Shown one piece after another: positions 24,386 to 36,427 of a stretch of DNA of 64,000 nt. A program made the position numbers and the translations under genes. The stretch spans positions 62,001 to 126,000 of IMG/VR virus record IMGVR_UViG_3300045125_000168. The stretch is one strand, 5' to 3'. Within the stretch, counting starts at the first letter, position 1; every line of letters starts with the position of its first letter. The notes below the pieces were generated by a model that saw nothing but the letters and a program-made list of their open reading frames with translations, made no database searches and was not told the DNA's origin.

Positions 24386-25020
24386 ATGGGCCACGCGCAA
24401 CCGCGATTGGCAGTGATGTGATGCGTCAGTGTTACGAGCGTGGCTGGATCACGACTCCGTGATGGGCAACATAATATCCCCGAGGCGGCCTTTAGAGGCA
24501 CCGTTGCCAATCACGTGCACATCACCCCCTCTGGCTTTCGCAAAGACGACGATTTATCCTGAGAACGCGATGAAGCTCCGGTTTCAAGAGCCTAACGGGT
24601 CTTTGATCTGGGAGAGTGGGAAGCCTTCGGGCGAGTTGCACATGCACTGGCTTTTGCAGCGTACGTGTGCCCTCGACGAGGGCTGTTGTCCACGTTCATG
24701 CGACTCATATTGTCGCCGCGATGTATGCAGGTTTCAACTTGCAGGATTTGGCCAAGGAGTTTCCTGAAGTTTTTCGTTACACCCGCGTTGGTCCGAACGT
24801 GGCCAGTTTACCTGCGACCAGTGTTGAACTAGGTGATGCCACGGCTCAGGCTCTTGGCGTTTGTCCGACACGGGCAAAGTCGATTACGACATTGTTGGTC
24901 AAGATCGTCATGGTGTGTGTGCTGTTGGAAAGCATCCGTGGGATGCTTATGAGCACGTCGAACGCTTGAATCATGTGTGTGAAATTGTCTTAGCGGGTTC
25001 TATCCACAAGTTATCCACAG
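24386..25020 (+). CDS. class II aldolase/adducin-family protein (frameshifted)
   Basis: DGNI, ITPSG, KPSGELHMH, VVHVHATH, HGVCAVG...AYEHVERL. Confidence 0.85.
25000..25019 (+). promoter_or_regulatory. tandem DnaA-box-like pair
   Basis: CTATCCACA-AG-TTATCCACA; the second matches the TTATCCACA consensus exactly. Confidence 0.4.
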
Positions 25021-25189
25021 GTCCATCATCAAAAAGACGCAAAGTTTTTGTCAGATATAGACTTATGGCCTTAGGGCCTGTAAGATTTGTTGAGCTTTCT
25101 CTTAAAATCGAATTTGAAATCGTAGTGTTTGAAAAACTACGAGTTTTTTGCACGTCAATAGCGAACTTTTTTTGGTGAAAGGGTTTCTC

Positions 25190-25492
25190 GTGAAACGTCT
25201 GTTTGTTGGAAGTTTGTCCTGGGGTACTGATAACGACGCACTGCAACGCTACTTTGAGCAAGTTGGTCCTGTGACTTCTGCAAGAGTCATTATGGATCGT
25301 GACACTGGCCGTAGCAAAGGTTTCGGATTTGTGGAGATGAACACAGAGGAAGACGCACAAACAGCGATCAACCGCCTCAACGGTTCGACACTCGATGGTC
25401 GTCGTATTGTTGTCAATCCAGCAAACCCACCTGAAAACCGTGGAACCACGAGCTTCAGGCGTAACACTAATAATGATGCTTGGAACTCCTAA
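25190..25492 (+). CDS. RRM (RNP-1) RNA-binding protein
   Basis: RLFVGSL (RNP2), RSKGFGFVEM (RNP1), LNG.TLDGRRIVVN.A. Confidence 0.95.
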   Translation: MKRLFVGSLSWGTDNDALQRYFEQVGPVTSARVIMDRDTGRSKGFGFVEMNTEEDAQTAINRLNGSTLDGRRIVVNPANPPENRGTTSFRRNTNNDAWNS

Positions 25493-25507
25493 GTTACTTT
25501 GAAACTT

Positions 25508-25538
25508 CCCCGCTTCGCTTGTGAGGCGGGGGTTTTTT
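25508..25538 (+). terminator. intrinsic terminator
   Basis: CCCCGCTTCGC-TTGT-GAGGCGGGG followed by a T-run, just after the RRM gene. Confidence 0.75.
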
Positions 25539-27429
25539 CGAGGATGACGCGGTGCAAAACGACGAAGTAAGAGACATGAGTTATTTGGAGCTAAGGGCTC
25601 TTTTGGAAATTGATTGGTGTGACATTGCACCCCATCAAGTGACACTGTGGCTTGGCTCAACTTTTGGGCGCACCTTGAAGATTATTTAGGACTCGAAATT
25701 TCTGACGAGACTTTAGAAATCTATAATTCGACTTTGCCTAAAGAGTACGCTTTTCGTTCTTTGAAAGACGCTCGTGAGTATGTCAAACGTCAACTCGCGA
25801 TTGTTGATCGGTGGGTTGAAGATTCAAAATATTCGGGTGAGTCATGAATTTCTTTTTAAAAATGTTCCTCGGCGTCCTTTTAGAAGCAGCCGTCACGGGC
25901 TTAGATAAAACTTTTGGTTAAGAGAGGTTTCTCTTGACCAAGCCTTCAAAATCACCAAAAAATGCTACTGCTTCCAGTGTCAGAAAAGGTATCAGTTAGT
26001 TCTTACACGTTCAGAGTTTTTCAGGTTGAAGAAAAAAGCGGAAGAGGCGTTGAAGCAGGATCTCGATGAGGCACGGCTTCGGTTTGAGCAGCAGAATGAG
26101 CGACCCATGAGTGCTTATGAGGAGAAGAAATTTATCCAAAGTTTCCTCGATCCTCTTTGGTTACCGTGTCCTGATTGTCTCACGTCTCACGCGGGTACTT
26201 AGTCGGTTACTCCAACCAAAATTTTTGAAAGGAGTTGCTATGAAAGACCTGAAAGGCCTGAAGGAAGACATCAAAGGGCTTGAAAGAGAAGATGCTGAGA
26301 ATGCCGCAAGCTCTTATCAAAGCCAAGGATGAAGTGAAGGCCGAGTGCAAGCCAATGGGTCATTCCATTGCCTATGTGCTTTGCTTTCACAATGGCCTAT
26401 CTTTGCATGTTGCCGATGATGCTTCTCGGTGCCATGTTCAAGGACTTGTCTATGAAGTTTAAGCCTGCGGAGAAAAAAGAAGAGCAGAAGCCTGAAGAGG
26501 TCTCTGCTGCCTAAGGTTTTCTTCGCCAGAGGACGATCTCTTTGGAGATCGTCCCTATTTTTACGAAGAGTTTGATAACCGCTAAGATGAAATAAATAAT
26601 TGGTATAAATATTCCAAAATACCAAATAAGATTGCTTGTATCAAGTTAAATAGTGTAATATTTCCATCCTGAGCTTCAAATAAGATCCAACATAGTACAC
26701 CGATGAGATACCACGCGACGACGTAGTACAGCATACTGGTGTATTCCTTATGGTAAGGGTTTCTCACTAAATCTTGGCGGGTTTGTCATGGATTTAAGCG
26801 GCATTTTTACCCTGAAACTGGCGTTGGCAGAAACCTCAAACGATTGAAGTTCGCAAAGTAGGGAACTCGTATCTGTTCTCCTTTGTAGACCAGCTTGAAA
26901 GAGTTGTTCACGTCGAGGGTCAAGACGTGGGCTATGAGGTTACGAGTTTCTCAAGTCGTGATTTTTTCCATCTGACCACATTTGTGGTTTTTGGGGATTG
27001 GGAGCAGGTCACCTACAAGGATTGGCGGGGCCGCATTCTACCCGTAGAAATTTTAGCTCGCGAATATGCCCATGTCTGAGCTAAGTGACACCCTGCGAGA
27101 ATTAGACGAGAGACTTGTTCTTTCGCGTTATGATGGGCATCAATGGCGCACGGTGTCGATGGCGGAGTATGCTCTCGTGCGAGAGTACATTAGAAAGTTA
27201 GAAAATCAGATCGATGTGGAAGTTATGGAGCAGTTGAACTTGAGAGAAAAAGAATACTCGCGAGATGCTCGATTGTTTCGAGCATATTTTTCGATGTTCG
27301 CAAAAGATTTTATCGAGCCTCGAAATTGATTTAGTGGACATTAAAAAGAAGATCGATGAAATCGAATTAAGTCGTTCCACATAAGACTCTTTCAAGGCTT
27401 ATTTTCTATGAGCTTTGTGGAGAAACTTT

Positions 27430-28106
27430 ATGGCCTTGCTAAGTATATGTCCTCCCGGTGTCGTACTCCCTTACGCGGGTTCAACAAGCCCAGATGGTTG
27501 GTTATTTTGCGATGGTCGAGAGATTAGTCGAACGACGTATTTGGCCTTATTCACTGCGATTGGCACGGCACATGGTACAGGTAACGGAACAAGCACATTT
27601 AATATTCCCGACTACCGAGGACGTTTTCTAAGGGGTCGAGATGCAGGTGCGGGCAGAGATATTGATCGGGCTTCGAGAACAGCTTCGGGGACAGGTGGTC
27701 TGACTGGAGATAATGTAGGGTCTTTTGCAAGTCAACGCGACTAAGACGAATGGTGTGACAGTTTCGGGCGGTACCGCTTCGCTCGGAGGCACGACCAACT
27801 TTGCAAACAATGCACATAGTCATACTGGTGGTGGTCTTTATGCCGCGATTGCTTGCATCAACGGGGATGTGACCTATAGACAGATCGATGTTACGCCCTG
27901 GCAGGAAAACTTTTGGACAGATATCAATGCACCTCGCTACGAGTGGAACTGCGAATATCAGTGTTGGTGCCGCTATTTATGGAAGCTCTGGTAGCCCTAG
28001 TGCTACGGCTTCGGTCACGTTAAATAACACTGCGGCCTCTTTAGGCGCTGGTGATAGTGAAACGCGACCTCTCAATATCAATGTAAACTACATTATTAAG
28101 ATTTGA
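27430..28106 (+). CDS. phage tail-collar domain protein 1 (frameshifted)
   Basis: PPGVVLPYAG...GWLFCDG..ISRTTY..LF..IGT.HG.G.G..TFNIPDYRGRFLRG; C-terminal ETRPLNINVNYIIK. Confidence 0.9.
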
Positions 28107-28860
28107 TCCTACTTCAAAGAGGGATGTACATTGGAAACTATGACTTTCACCGACAACTTTTATCCTGAGAAAAATGCTGCTGCGAGTATTCGCACTGAAA
28201 TTGAGGTTGAGTATTACTTTGAAGAGGAGATGCTTTACCGAGTGCGAGGCTTTCCAGCACCGAGTCGCGGGGATTATGTGTATCTCCCTAACTATGAAAA
28301 CATGAAGGTGCGGTCTGTCGTCCATTATCCTGATCGCTTTCTTGTGATCGCTTATCTTGTAGACCCTAAGGACTATTGATGGGAAAAAGCGGCCAAAAAG
28401 TCGAAGTGACTTTAGAAGACCTTTGGGTTCTTTGGTCTAAGGGGAAGGGCTACAGGTTTGCTGATGGCCACGGACTCTGAGATTCAAGAGCCCAATGATT
28501 TTTTACGAGATGAATTGCATCGTGACTGTGCTCAGGTGATTGGTCGCAGGACATACCTGAGGCTCTTTAATGATGGTCCTTGGGATAAGCCAGAACCCAC
28601 TGTGTTTGAGGATTAGTCATGTACTGCATTCATCTGGGGACGATGGGCATAATAGTCTACCTGGGTGAGCAGCGGGTTTGGGTTTCCGAATACGGTATAG
28701 GCCAGTGTTTGCGTGTTGAGAGCTTTGCGACTTTAAAAGATGCCTTCGATTTTTGTGCCTACCACAAAGATTATCCTATGAACCGCACGTCTATTTGGAT
28801 TCGAGAGCTTTTCCTCGCCAAAAAATCCCTTAAAAACATAATCTGAGAAAAGGAGCCGCG

Positions 28861-29276
28861 ATGCGGAAGCTAGTCTTATTGTTTTGTCTTCTTTAGCTCT
28901 TCCGGCTTACGCGAAGGATTTTGGTGTCGGTTTGGGTTTCTCCACCGCAGGTTCTGGGATTTCTGGTTACGCGAAGGCCAATCACAATAGTTTCTTCAAG
29001 GGATGTTTGGTCATTACCGGACCCGATCCTTTTGTGATTGTCGATTACGCTGGGCTCACACCTCTTGGTGATCTGACTGGTTACGTGGGTGGGGGTGCTA
29101 TTATCCAACTGGGGCAGAGAAATGCGGGGCTGGGTGTTCACATTCCGTTCGGTCTTTACTATCAGGCCCGCAGCGTTCCTCTCATGATAAACGCGGATAT
29201 CGCCCCTGGGCTTACAGTTGGAAACAACGCCTCTAGCTTTGTGGATCTTTCTATAGGTTTTAGGTTCATGTTCTGA
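28861..29276 (+). CDS. small outer-membrane beta-barrel protein with signal peptide (frameshifted)
   Basis: AGGAG RBS, A-Y-A signal cleavage site, Gly/aromatic amphipathic strands, C-terminal GFRFMF. Confidence 0.65.
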
Positions 29277-29374
29277 GAACAAGTTAGTCTCTTTCCCTTG
29301 TGGCCTTAGTTTCTAGCTAAGGTTATTTTTTTTCTCAAAAATCAATTTTAATTAACGTAATTAGGAGCAAAAAA

Positions 29375-29611
29375 ATGGATTTTAAACTTTTAATTGAAAT
29401 TATCGGTTGGGCTTCGACGGTTCTTTTTGTAGGCTCTTTCTTAGTGAAGGAAAGGTCTGCGTTACATTTAATTGGATTTTTCGCTTGCATTTTTAAATTA
29501 GTTTATAGCTATGAACATGCCGTTTGGCCTCTATTTGTAAATTGGGTGATCCTTCTTTTTGTGCAAGCGTACCAATTTTTGTGTATCGTCGTCAAAAGAA
29601 CCAAGACGTGA
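29375..29611 (+). CDS. small 3-TM membrane protein (YgjV/PQ-loop-like)
   Basis: EIIGW.S..LF..SF, three hydrophobic segments, WP..VN. Confidence 0.55.
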   Translation: MDFKLLIEIIGWASTVLFVGSFLVKERSALHLIGFFACIFKLVYSYEHAVWPLFVNWVILLFVQAYQFLCIVVKRTKT

Positions 29612-30005
29612 TGGAACCAAAAGAAGAACTTGCAGCTTAGGGATTACAGGATGTGGTCTTTTCGTGTGGTGAAAACCAGTCTTCCTGAGGGTGGGATACG
29701 GTATGCGCTCCATGAGTGCATTTACGGTCCTCTAGCCGATGATATCGATGAGGCGCTCACGATCTCTGAAGTCGAAAAGCAGGGTATTAGTTGGACGGAA
29801 GACCCTGTTGGTCCTGAGTTTTATTTCCGACCAGGGGAAGTGGAAGACCCAGAGTTAGCGGTGAGAACTCTGCGTCAAGAACTCATGGACATGTTTAAAT
29901 CAACGACTTGGCCTATTATTAACGGAGATAGTGAGTCCGGTATGCCTTTGATTCAAGCGGTAGACCTAAAAGGACGAGGACTAGGGGAGCAAATGCTCCC
30001 CTTTT

Positions 30006-31173
30006 TCAATAGCGAAAGCAATTTATAGTACACCAGCGGTCCCAATTTGCATTCCCCCAATCGCCTTGATCCTCTCCCAGACCCATTACCTGATGTCCGG
30101 TCTCGTGGATAATTGTGCCCATCTGAAAGTCTTTTCTTGACTGAATTATGGCACTTTCCTGATAGTGTGCAAATTCAGTTTTTTTCACAGTCCCAGATTG
30201 CCAACCGGACACAGGCCATAATCCGCGAGCATATCCAGCCCTGCCACTATCCGCGTCTGCTGCAAACAACATCATGAAAGCGTTGACCACGTAATTGGGG
30301 GTCCAAGTATTATGAAGAGTGAGAGTTGAAAAATCGAACTGTGTTATTCCCCCCATCTTCGCATACAATTCTCTGATAAGCTCTCGGGACCTGACATACT
30401 CATTTGGTTTTTCTGGATGATTGGAGTCCATAAAATATGAATATGGTTTTGATGAACGGAAATTACCGACTACGACGTGCTGTAAATCAATATCCTTCTG
30501 AAACAAAGCATAACCTCTAAGGTCAGTGGTTGAGTTTCAACGCAGCGTCGAAAACGCTTGTTGTTGTAAAAGCCATGTCGTCGAAATCTACAAGCACAAG
30601 AAGACCGAGAATTTTTTAGCATTTGGAACAGACGTCAGCGTCGGAATTAAAATGGTCCTATCACCATCGATAAGGAGATCCTATGGTTGTTCTCGCACCC
30701 ATTGTTCAGGTGTGGGCTTTTCTGGTGGCAGCATGACTGGACCAAATGCTTGAGCGGAAGTTCTCGCATTTCCACATTCATTTTGAACTAAAATTCTATT
30801 GTACGGCACTGTTAGACACAGGCCGTATTGTGAAACAAATTGAACACGATTCACAGAAAGTCTTTTGATAAGGAATTTCTGCTCCTTGCTTTTACTACAC
30901 GATTTTAGACGAATGATTTGCCCTGGGGTCTTGTTTATAGATTGCAGGCATTTGTTGTTGGTCACGAGTTGCACATAATTGTTATTAGATGGCTTCTGTC
31001 TCACGTATTGACTTGCTTCGCCATCACATGGAATATCCCTAATGAAGTCCGCATCCAAAGACAAACAATTTTTCGACCACTCGTTCTGCAACCTTCCATC
31101 GTCTATTGCTCGTATTTCAGCATACGAAGCACACTCCAAATAATAAGACAAAGATCGTAATTATTTTTTCCAT
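30006..31173 (-). CDS. secreted ricin-B-lectin + zinc metallopeptidase protein (frameshifted)
   Basis: Repeated CL..C..Q-F/Y ricin-like units in 30681-31151; IIHETGHQVMGL HExxH motif in 30006-30506. Confidence 0.6.
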
Positions 31174-31286
31174 AAAAGAAGCCCTCCTTGATAGGACAGC
31201 CTAATCTGATCTAGGGAGAAGATGCGAATGCTCGCCTTTTGTTCCGCCAAGATTGTATTGTGACGTATCTTGCGAGGTCTTTTACA

Positions 31287-31884
31287 ATGGCGATTTTGTC
31301 TATCTGTCCGCCTGGAGTTGTGCTTCCTTTCGCTGGGAATACAACCGTAGTGCCTCAAGGTTGGCTTTTTGTGCAACGGTGCCGAAGTTTCTCGCACTAC
31401 ATACAAAGCTCTATTTGATGTCCTTGGTACGGCGCATGGACAAGGTAATGGAAGTACCACATTCAACCTTCCCGATTTGCGCGGTCGATTTTTGCGTGGC
31501 GTGGACAACGGAGTTGGTCGCGACCCAGACCGAGGTTTGCGCGTCGCAGCAAACACTGGTGGGAATGCGGGTGATGCGGTTGGTTCCGTGCAAGGGATTG
31601 CCACAAGTCTCGCTCCGGGAAATCAAAGCGGGACTAAAAACACGGCAGGTCTTGCGGTATCAACACAAAACAGCACCGTCTCAACGGATGCCATCATGCG
31701 TCCTGCTGGAACCGCAGCCACTACTATCAAGTCAGTTTTAGATGATCGCTGGGGTGGAGGTAGTTTTTACGATTGGGGAGTGATCCCCATTCCGAGTTCC
31801 TCACATAATCATGGTATGAACGTGAGTGGCGACCAAGAGACACGACCTATCAACGTCGGCCTTAATTTTATTATAAAATTCTAA
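31287..31884 (+). CDS. phage tail-collar domain protein 2 (frameshifted)
   Basis: MAILSICPPGVVLPFAG...CNGAEVSRTTYKALF...TFNLPDLRGRFLRG...ETRPINVGLNFIIKF. Confidence 0.9.
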
Positions 31885-31913
31885 TAAAATTAGGTGCTTA
31901 TAAAACTTAAAGC

Positions 31914-31940
31914 AAAGCCTTGTAAACACAGGGCTTTTTT
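31914..31940 (+). terminator. intrinsic terminator
   Basis: AAAGCCTTGT-AAAC-ACAGGGCTTTTTT. Confidence 0.7.
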
Positions 31941-32007
31941 CTTTTTACGGCTTAAAAAAGGTCTTAAAAAAAGAGATCAAGGATTTTTGGTTGTTGTACC
32001 TAACTTC

Positions 32008-32034
32008 TAAGCAATCGCAAAAAAACGTCGATAA
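32008..32034 (+). promoter_or_regulatory. sigma-28-type promoter
   Basis: TAAG-N15-GTCGATAA. Confidence 0.7.
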
Positions 32035-32094
32035 GAGAGTATAAGCGCGATGCAAAGCGCAAACGGACTAACAAACAACAAAGGAGTCAACACC

Positions 32095-32764
32095 ATGAAA
32101 ACCACCACCATCATCAGCTTAGTGTTCACCTTAGTCGCTTGCGGTCAACAACCAAACTATTCGGAACCAACCTTGACGGACAAGCAAGACAAAAAAGCAG
32201 AGAACACGGATACTCAAGAAAATAAAAAAACAAATGACGTGCTCCCCCCTCAGGGCATTGACGGATATATCTCGAACGCTTTTGACCTGACAGTTGATGG
32301 CGAGCGTTACACCGATAGCGAGGATTTCTACACCAAAGAGCTTGATCGATTGACGGAAAGTGCAGTCGAAGCTGGTTATGAAGACTGGAACCTTGACTTC
32401 GACGCTCAGATCGGTCTGGTTGATCTCAAATACGGCATGACGGTTTTCGTCGGCTCACCTAGCCGCAAAGGTTTCGCAGGTCAAACCACTGTGGCTTCGG
32501 ACGCGAGCTTCCATGTCCATGTGCCCGGAAGCCGCACGGCAAGAGAACTACAACATTCGTGCTGTCAAAAAAATCAACCTGACGCTGACACCTCCAGAAG
32601 GTAGCGACGAGAAGCCTGTGCGTTGGTGCTACAACTTCAGTGCCGAAATCGGTGAGGTTCGTGTTGATGGAGAGCCAGTAGTTCTCAGCACCTTCAAGAC
32701 CAAATTGACCAAGTATGCTTGCTCGGTCGCAGACCAAGGAATCGCAATCCCACCAAAAAAATGA
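32095..32764 (+). CDS. lipoprotein (frameshifted)
   Basis: AAGGAG RBS; MKTTTIISLVFTLVA-C lipobox. Confidence 0.7.
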
Positions 32765-32789
32765 GTGGGTTTTCAACCAAGGAGTTTTT

Positions 32790-32912
32790 ATGAAAAAGAA
32801 AGCAGCGAAGAAGAAAGCCGCACCCAAAAAGGCGGCACCCAAGAAAGCCAAGAAAAAGGTCGCTAAAAAAGCGGCACCTAAGAAGAAAGCCAAGAAAAAG
32901 AAAGCTAAGTGA
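32790..32912 (+). CDS. 40-aa Lys/Ala-rich histone-H1-like peptide
   Basis: AAGGAG RBS; MKKKAAKKKAAPKKAAPKKAKKKVAKKAAPKKKAKKKKAK; hairpin downstream. Confidence 0.7.
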   Translation: MKKKAAKKKAAPKKAAPKKAKKKVAKKAAPKKKAKKKKAK

Positions 32913-33607
32913 CAGTTTGTGTCTGTTAGTCCAATAACCCCTGTGTTTCTTAACATGGGGGCATTTCGAGGGATTGAACCATGAAGATCTTAGACAAATT
33001 TAGGGATATTAGAGTCGTTGCCTTGAAAAAGGGCCGTAAGTTTGTCTACGAGGTCCAAAAACGCAGAGGTTCTTTCTACTACTCGCACGGTCCTCTTTTT
33101 GACTCTGGAAGAAGCTGTTTATAAGTATGCAGTCAAGGTTTTGGACCAGGAAGTGAATCCTAAAAAGAAAGAGAGGGGCTTGACTACTATGAAAACCAAT
33201 ATTGAGGAAGAACAGATGATTACCATGCGAGATGCTGCCACATATTCTTTTGAAGTAGCCTACGCTGTTGCTTGCGCTTTGCTCTTAGGTAATCACGATG
33301 ATTGTCCAGGGTGTATGATTTGCGATGTTATCAACGCAGCCAAGGTCGATATTCAAAACAAGGACAACAAAGGAGAACTGTCATGAAACTTCAAACCGTG
33401 CTTGATTTTCTCTACAGCGAAGAGCAAAACGTGCAAATCTCTAGTTTTGGGACGGTGGCTGGGAGTTTAAACTGGGCGACCAACGCAACGGATTTCAAAA
33501 AGCAGCGCATTTTGATTCCTTGGATCAAGGAGCGGATTGGCTTATGAATACCTTTGAGCAACTCAGAACCGAGCGGGCAAACCGCGCTGCCAAGAGAGGA
33601 TAAGGCC

Positions 33608-34621
33608 ATGGGACAAAGACATCAAATATATTTGCGTCTGCCCGCGATGTACAATGAGGACAATCCGAACCATCAACCGACAAGAGTGGTTGGTATCCAT
33701 CACCAGTGGTTATATGGCCAAACGGCTATGAAGCTCCTGGTCAATTTTCTTACTTTCCTAGACAAAGCGGAGAACAAATATTCAGGGAGAGATGTTCTTG
33801 AAATTCTTCAATGTGCCTATGCAATTCATCCTGAGACAGGTTACTTTCATGGCATTTGTCCAGAATTAGACAAGAATGAAGTTGAGAACCCCATGAACGC
33901 AGACAATAACGATGGGATCACGATCATTGATTTGACTAATAAAAAGCCGAAATATTGTTTCATGTCTTTGCATCACTTGGAGTGTCTTGACCAGGATGTG
34001 GATGAGGAAGAGGTGCCGAATCTGGAACCTTTTGATGCCAAGACCTATATCGGCTTACACTACAAAAATTATGCTGCGGTCAAAGAAGATAAATTTTTCA
34101 AACTTTTCTCGCATCACCAAAATAAATATGTCGCGATTAAAAACTTTGCGGATTACAAACGCTATAACAGCCTGGGCAAAGCTACAAAAAAAGACTATGA
34201 CGATTCGGTTAAAGACTCTCAAGACTTTCGCAAGCTGACTCGCAAATTGGTGGCCTTCCTCTCGAAGTATGAAGTTTTGACGAGAAAAGACGTGCAAGAG
34301 ATTTTCCCGCGATGTTCCCAGAAGCCGAAGATGCCAAAAATGTCAGGAATTTACCGAGGAAATCTAAGAAAAAGCCTGCTATGCACATCTCTTGACAAAA
34401 AGCAAAAACCCTGCAACTTCCTTAGCCCCGATGTCAAGGAGGTTTTTTTGATCGAAATCCCGACCAAAGCCTATGTGTGTTTTCCACCTGGGGAGATATC
34501 AAAGCTCCGGTTGTCATTTTTGACGAAACACCTCACCGTTACAAAGTCGAAGCTCAAGAGGATTGGATCGATGGTCGCGCCCAAAAAGGCGATCTCAAAA
34601 TGGTGCCAAAAAACGTCGTGA
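33608..34621 (+). CDS. phage hypothetical protein (3' end probably extended by a frameshift)
   Basis: MGQRHQIY...HHQWLYG...DNNDGITIID pattern; GAGG RBS. Confidence 0.55.
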   Translation: MGQRHQIYLRLPAMYNEDNPNHQPTRVVGIHHQWLYGQTAMKLLVNFLTFLDKAENKYSGRDVLEILQCAYAIHPETGYFHGICPELDKNEVENPMNADNNDGITIIDLTNKKPKYCFMSLHHLECLDQDVDEEEVPNLEPFDAKTYIGLHYKNYAAVKEDKFFKLFSHHQNKYVAIKNFADYKRYNSLGKATKKDYDDSVKDSQDFRKLTRKLVAFLSKYEVLTRKDVQEIFPRCSQKPKMPKMSGIYRGNLRKSLLCTSLDKKQKPCNFLSPDVKEVFLIEIPTKAYVCFPPGEISKLRLSFLTKHLTVTKSKLKRIGSMVAPKKAISKWCQKTS

Positions 34622-34644
34622 TTTTTGAGGATAAGGAAAATTAG

Positions 34645-34956
34645 ATGGTCTTGAAGCCTTGCCCGTTTTGCGGCAAAGATGTCCACCTGTCACGTCGGTT
34701 GCGTCACGAAACTGATCCTGAGTTCAGGAACAAGATCGTATATGAGGATATTTCCGTGTCGTGTTCTGAATGCTGCGTCAAATTGCATCGCAGCTATCAA
34801 ATCAAATGGGTAGGTCCCCAGGGCAACGAATCTCATGTAGTATCAGAGGGACACGGTGACAAAGTTGCAAATGAGGTTGTGGCCTCGTGGAATCGACGAA
34901 GCAATCGGAAACCCAGAAATAACAAAAGCATTATGATTTTATTGTCAAAAGTTTAA
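34645..34956 (+). CDS. Lar-family (restriction alleviation)-like zinc-ribbon protein
   Basis: LKPCPFCG...C..C...WNRR. Confidence 0.65.
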   Translation: MVLKPCPFCGKDVHLSRRLRHETDPEFRNKIVYEDISVSCSECCVKLHRSYQIKWVGPQGNESHVVSEGHGDKVANEVVASWNRRSNRKPRNNKSIMILLSKV

Positions 34957-35030
34957 AAACAACCCTATTGATCTCATTTTGCCTTATAAAAAATAATCCC
35001 AATAAAATCAGTCATTTGAAGACAAACATT

Positions 35031-35057
35031 TAAGAACCTCTGCTTTTGTGCCGATAA
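35031..35057 (+). promoter_or_regulatory. sigma-28-type promoter
   Basis: TAAG-N15-GCCGATAA (consensus -10). Confidence 0.75.
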
Positions 35058-35798
35058 GACCCTATATATGGGGGTTACTATGGGCACTATCAAAAGCCAA
35101 GCTATCCACCTCGCTGAATCCCTTATGAAAATTGACCGTGTGCGCGTCGAGCACAGGCTGCGAGCCTTTCCAGCCTACTTTCAGGACGCCTCACGGATTT
35201 TAGAGTCCCGTTGGACGGGCTCGAAAGTCTCGTGCCTCTCGTGCGGGGGGCCGACCATTACAGTCCTGTATGACGGGGTGGAAGTCTGCAAATATTGCGG
35301 TGAGGGGGTATAACCATGTGGAAGCTATGCCTGGACTCTCTCTGGGGTTATCTTGAGGACGAGAATTTCTCGGGTGATGAGTACGTCTGGCGTACCGATG
35401 TCACCGATGAGGAGCTTGAGAACATGCCTAGATTCCTCAAGCGGCACCTGCGAGGACGTATCGACCAGTATGCCGTTGCTATCGAGGGCGAAGGGCATAT
35501 TGTCATCCGTCAGGCCCAGTCTGGGAACCCGATCATCATGCTCTACCGGATTGGTGGGTGACCTATGGCTCGCCAATCACAAAAGCACTGCTGGCTCAAA
35601 GGTGTCAAAGAAGTTTGGCTTCAGACTTTTTGGGATGTGTACTGGGTTTCAATTCGATAGCTCTCTCGGTGTGATCTGGCCACTGAATAAAAAATTCCGC
35701 GAATTAAAAGAGATGATTCACGAGGACCAGATAGCCTATGAGGTTGTGCAGATTTATTTCGACGATTATAACCGCACCAGACTCACGGAAAACTAACG

Positions 35799-36427
35799 AT
35801 GAGCTACCTCGATAAAATTCAGCGCATATTGGCCCATCAGCAGGAGATGGACCAAGTGTTTGCCGCAGGTAGAACTCCCTGCTCGAAGCGATGCGAGCGG
35901 CTGACACTACATTCAAGAGCGCCAAAATCCCATCAGCCTACGCTGGGGGTCTACGCGCGTTCATTCCACGGCAAAGCCTCGTCAACCGAGGACGTGGACT
36001 TTCTGCTTTAGCCTCCGACGTGAAGAGTGCAGAGAAAGCTCTACTCGAAGCGGGTTTCCAGAAAAAAGACGTACTCGATTACAGCAAGCCCAAGCGCATG
36101 ATTCACAAGTTTCTCTTTGGGGATCGCGAGGTCGATCTGCTGGTGTTCCCGCAGCACGAGGATTTTCTAAAAGGGGTTATGAGTCGCGCACAAGATGCGA
36201 AGGGTCTAGGCAAGGTGGTGAGCCTTGAAGACCTGATTTTGCTCAAGCTCTTTTCCTTCCGATTGAAAGACAAAGCCCATATCGTCGAAGTCTTGGAGTC
36301 AAAAAGCCAGACATGGACTACATCAAAACGTGGTGTAGCAAGTTTGGTATCCTTGATCGCTACGCTTTCTTGCTTGAAGACCACGGAGAGGCTTGAGCTA
36401 CCATTTTTTCCAAGGTTGACTTTGTGA
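35799..36427 (+). CDS. Pol-beta-superfamily nucleotidyltransferase with MSYLDKIQRILA leader (frameshifted)
   Basis: AYAGGL...STEDVDFLL, EVDLL, VSLEDLILLKL..R.KD. Confidence 0.7.

Noticed and set aside
23950-24400. Apparent non-coding or novel element between ClpP and the aldolase
   Set aside because: Flanking genes are most degraded here, so this is likely a low-quality read segment hiding small ORFs.
27430-31884. DGR or invertible tail-fibre switch
   Set aside because: No reverse transcriptase or recombinase, no adenine-specific TR/VR pair, and both copies are on the same strand.
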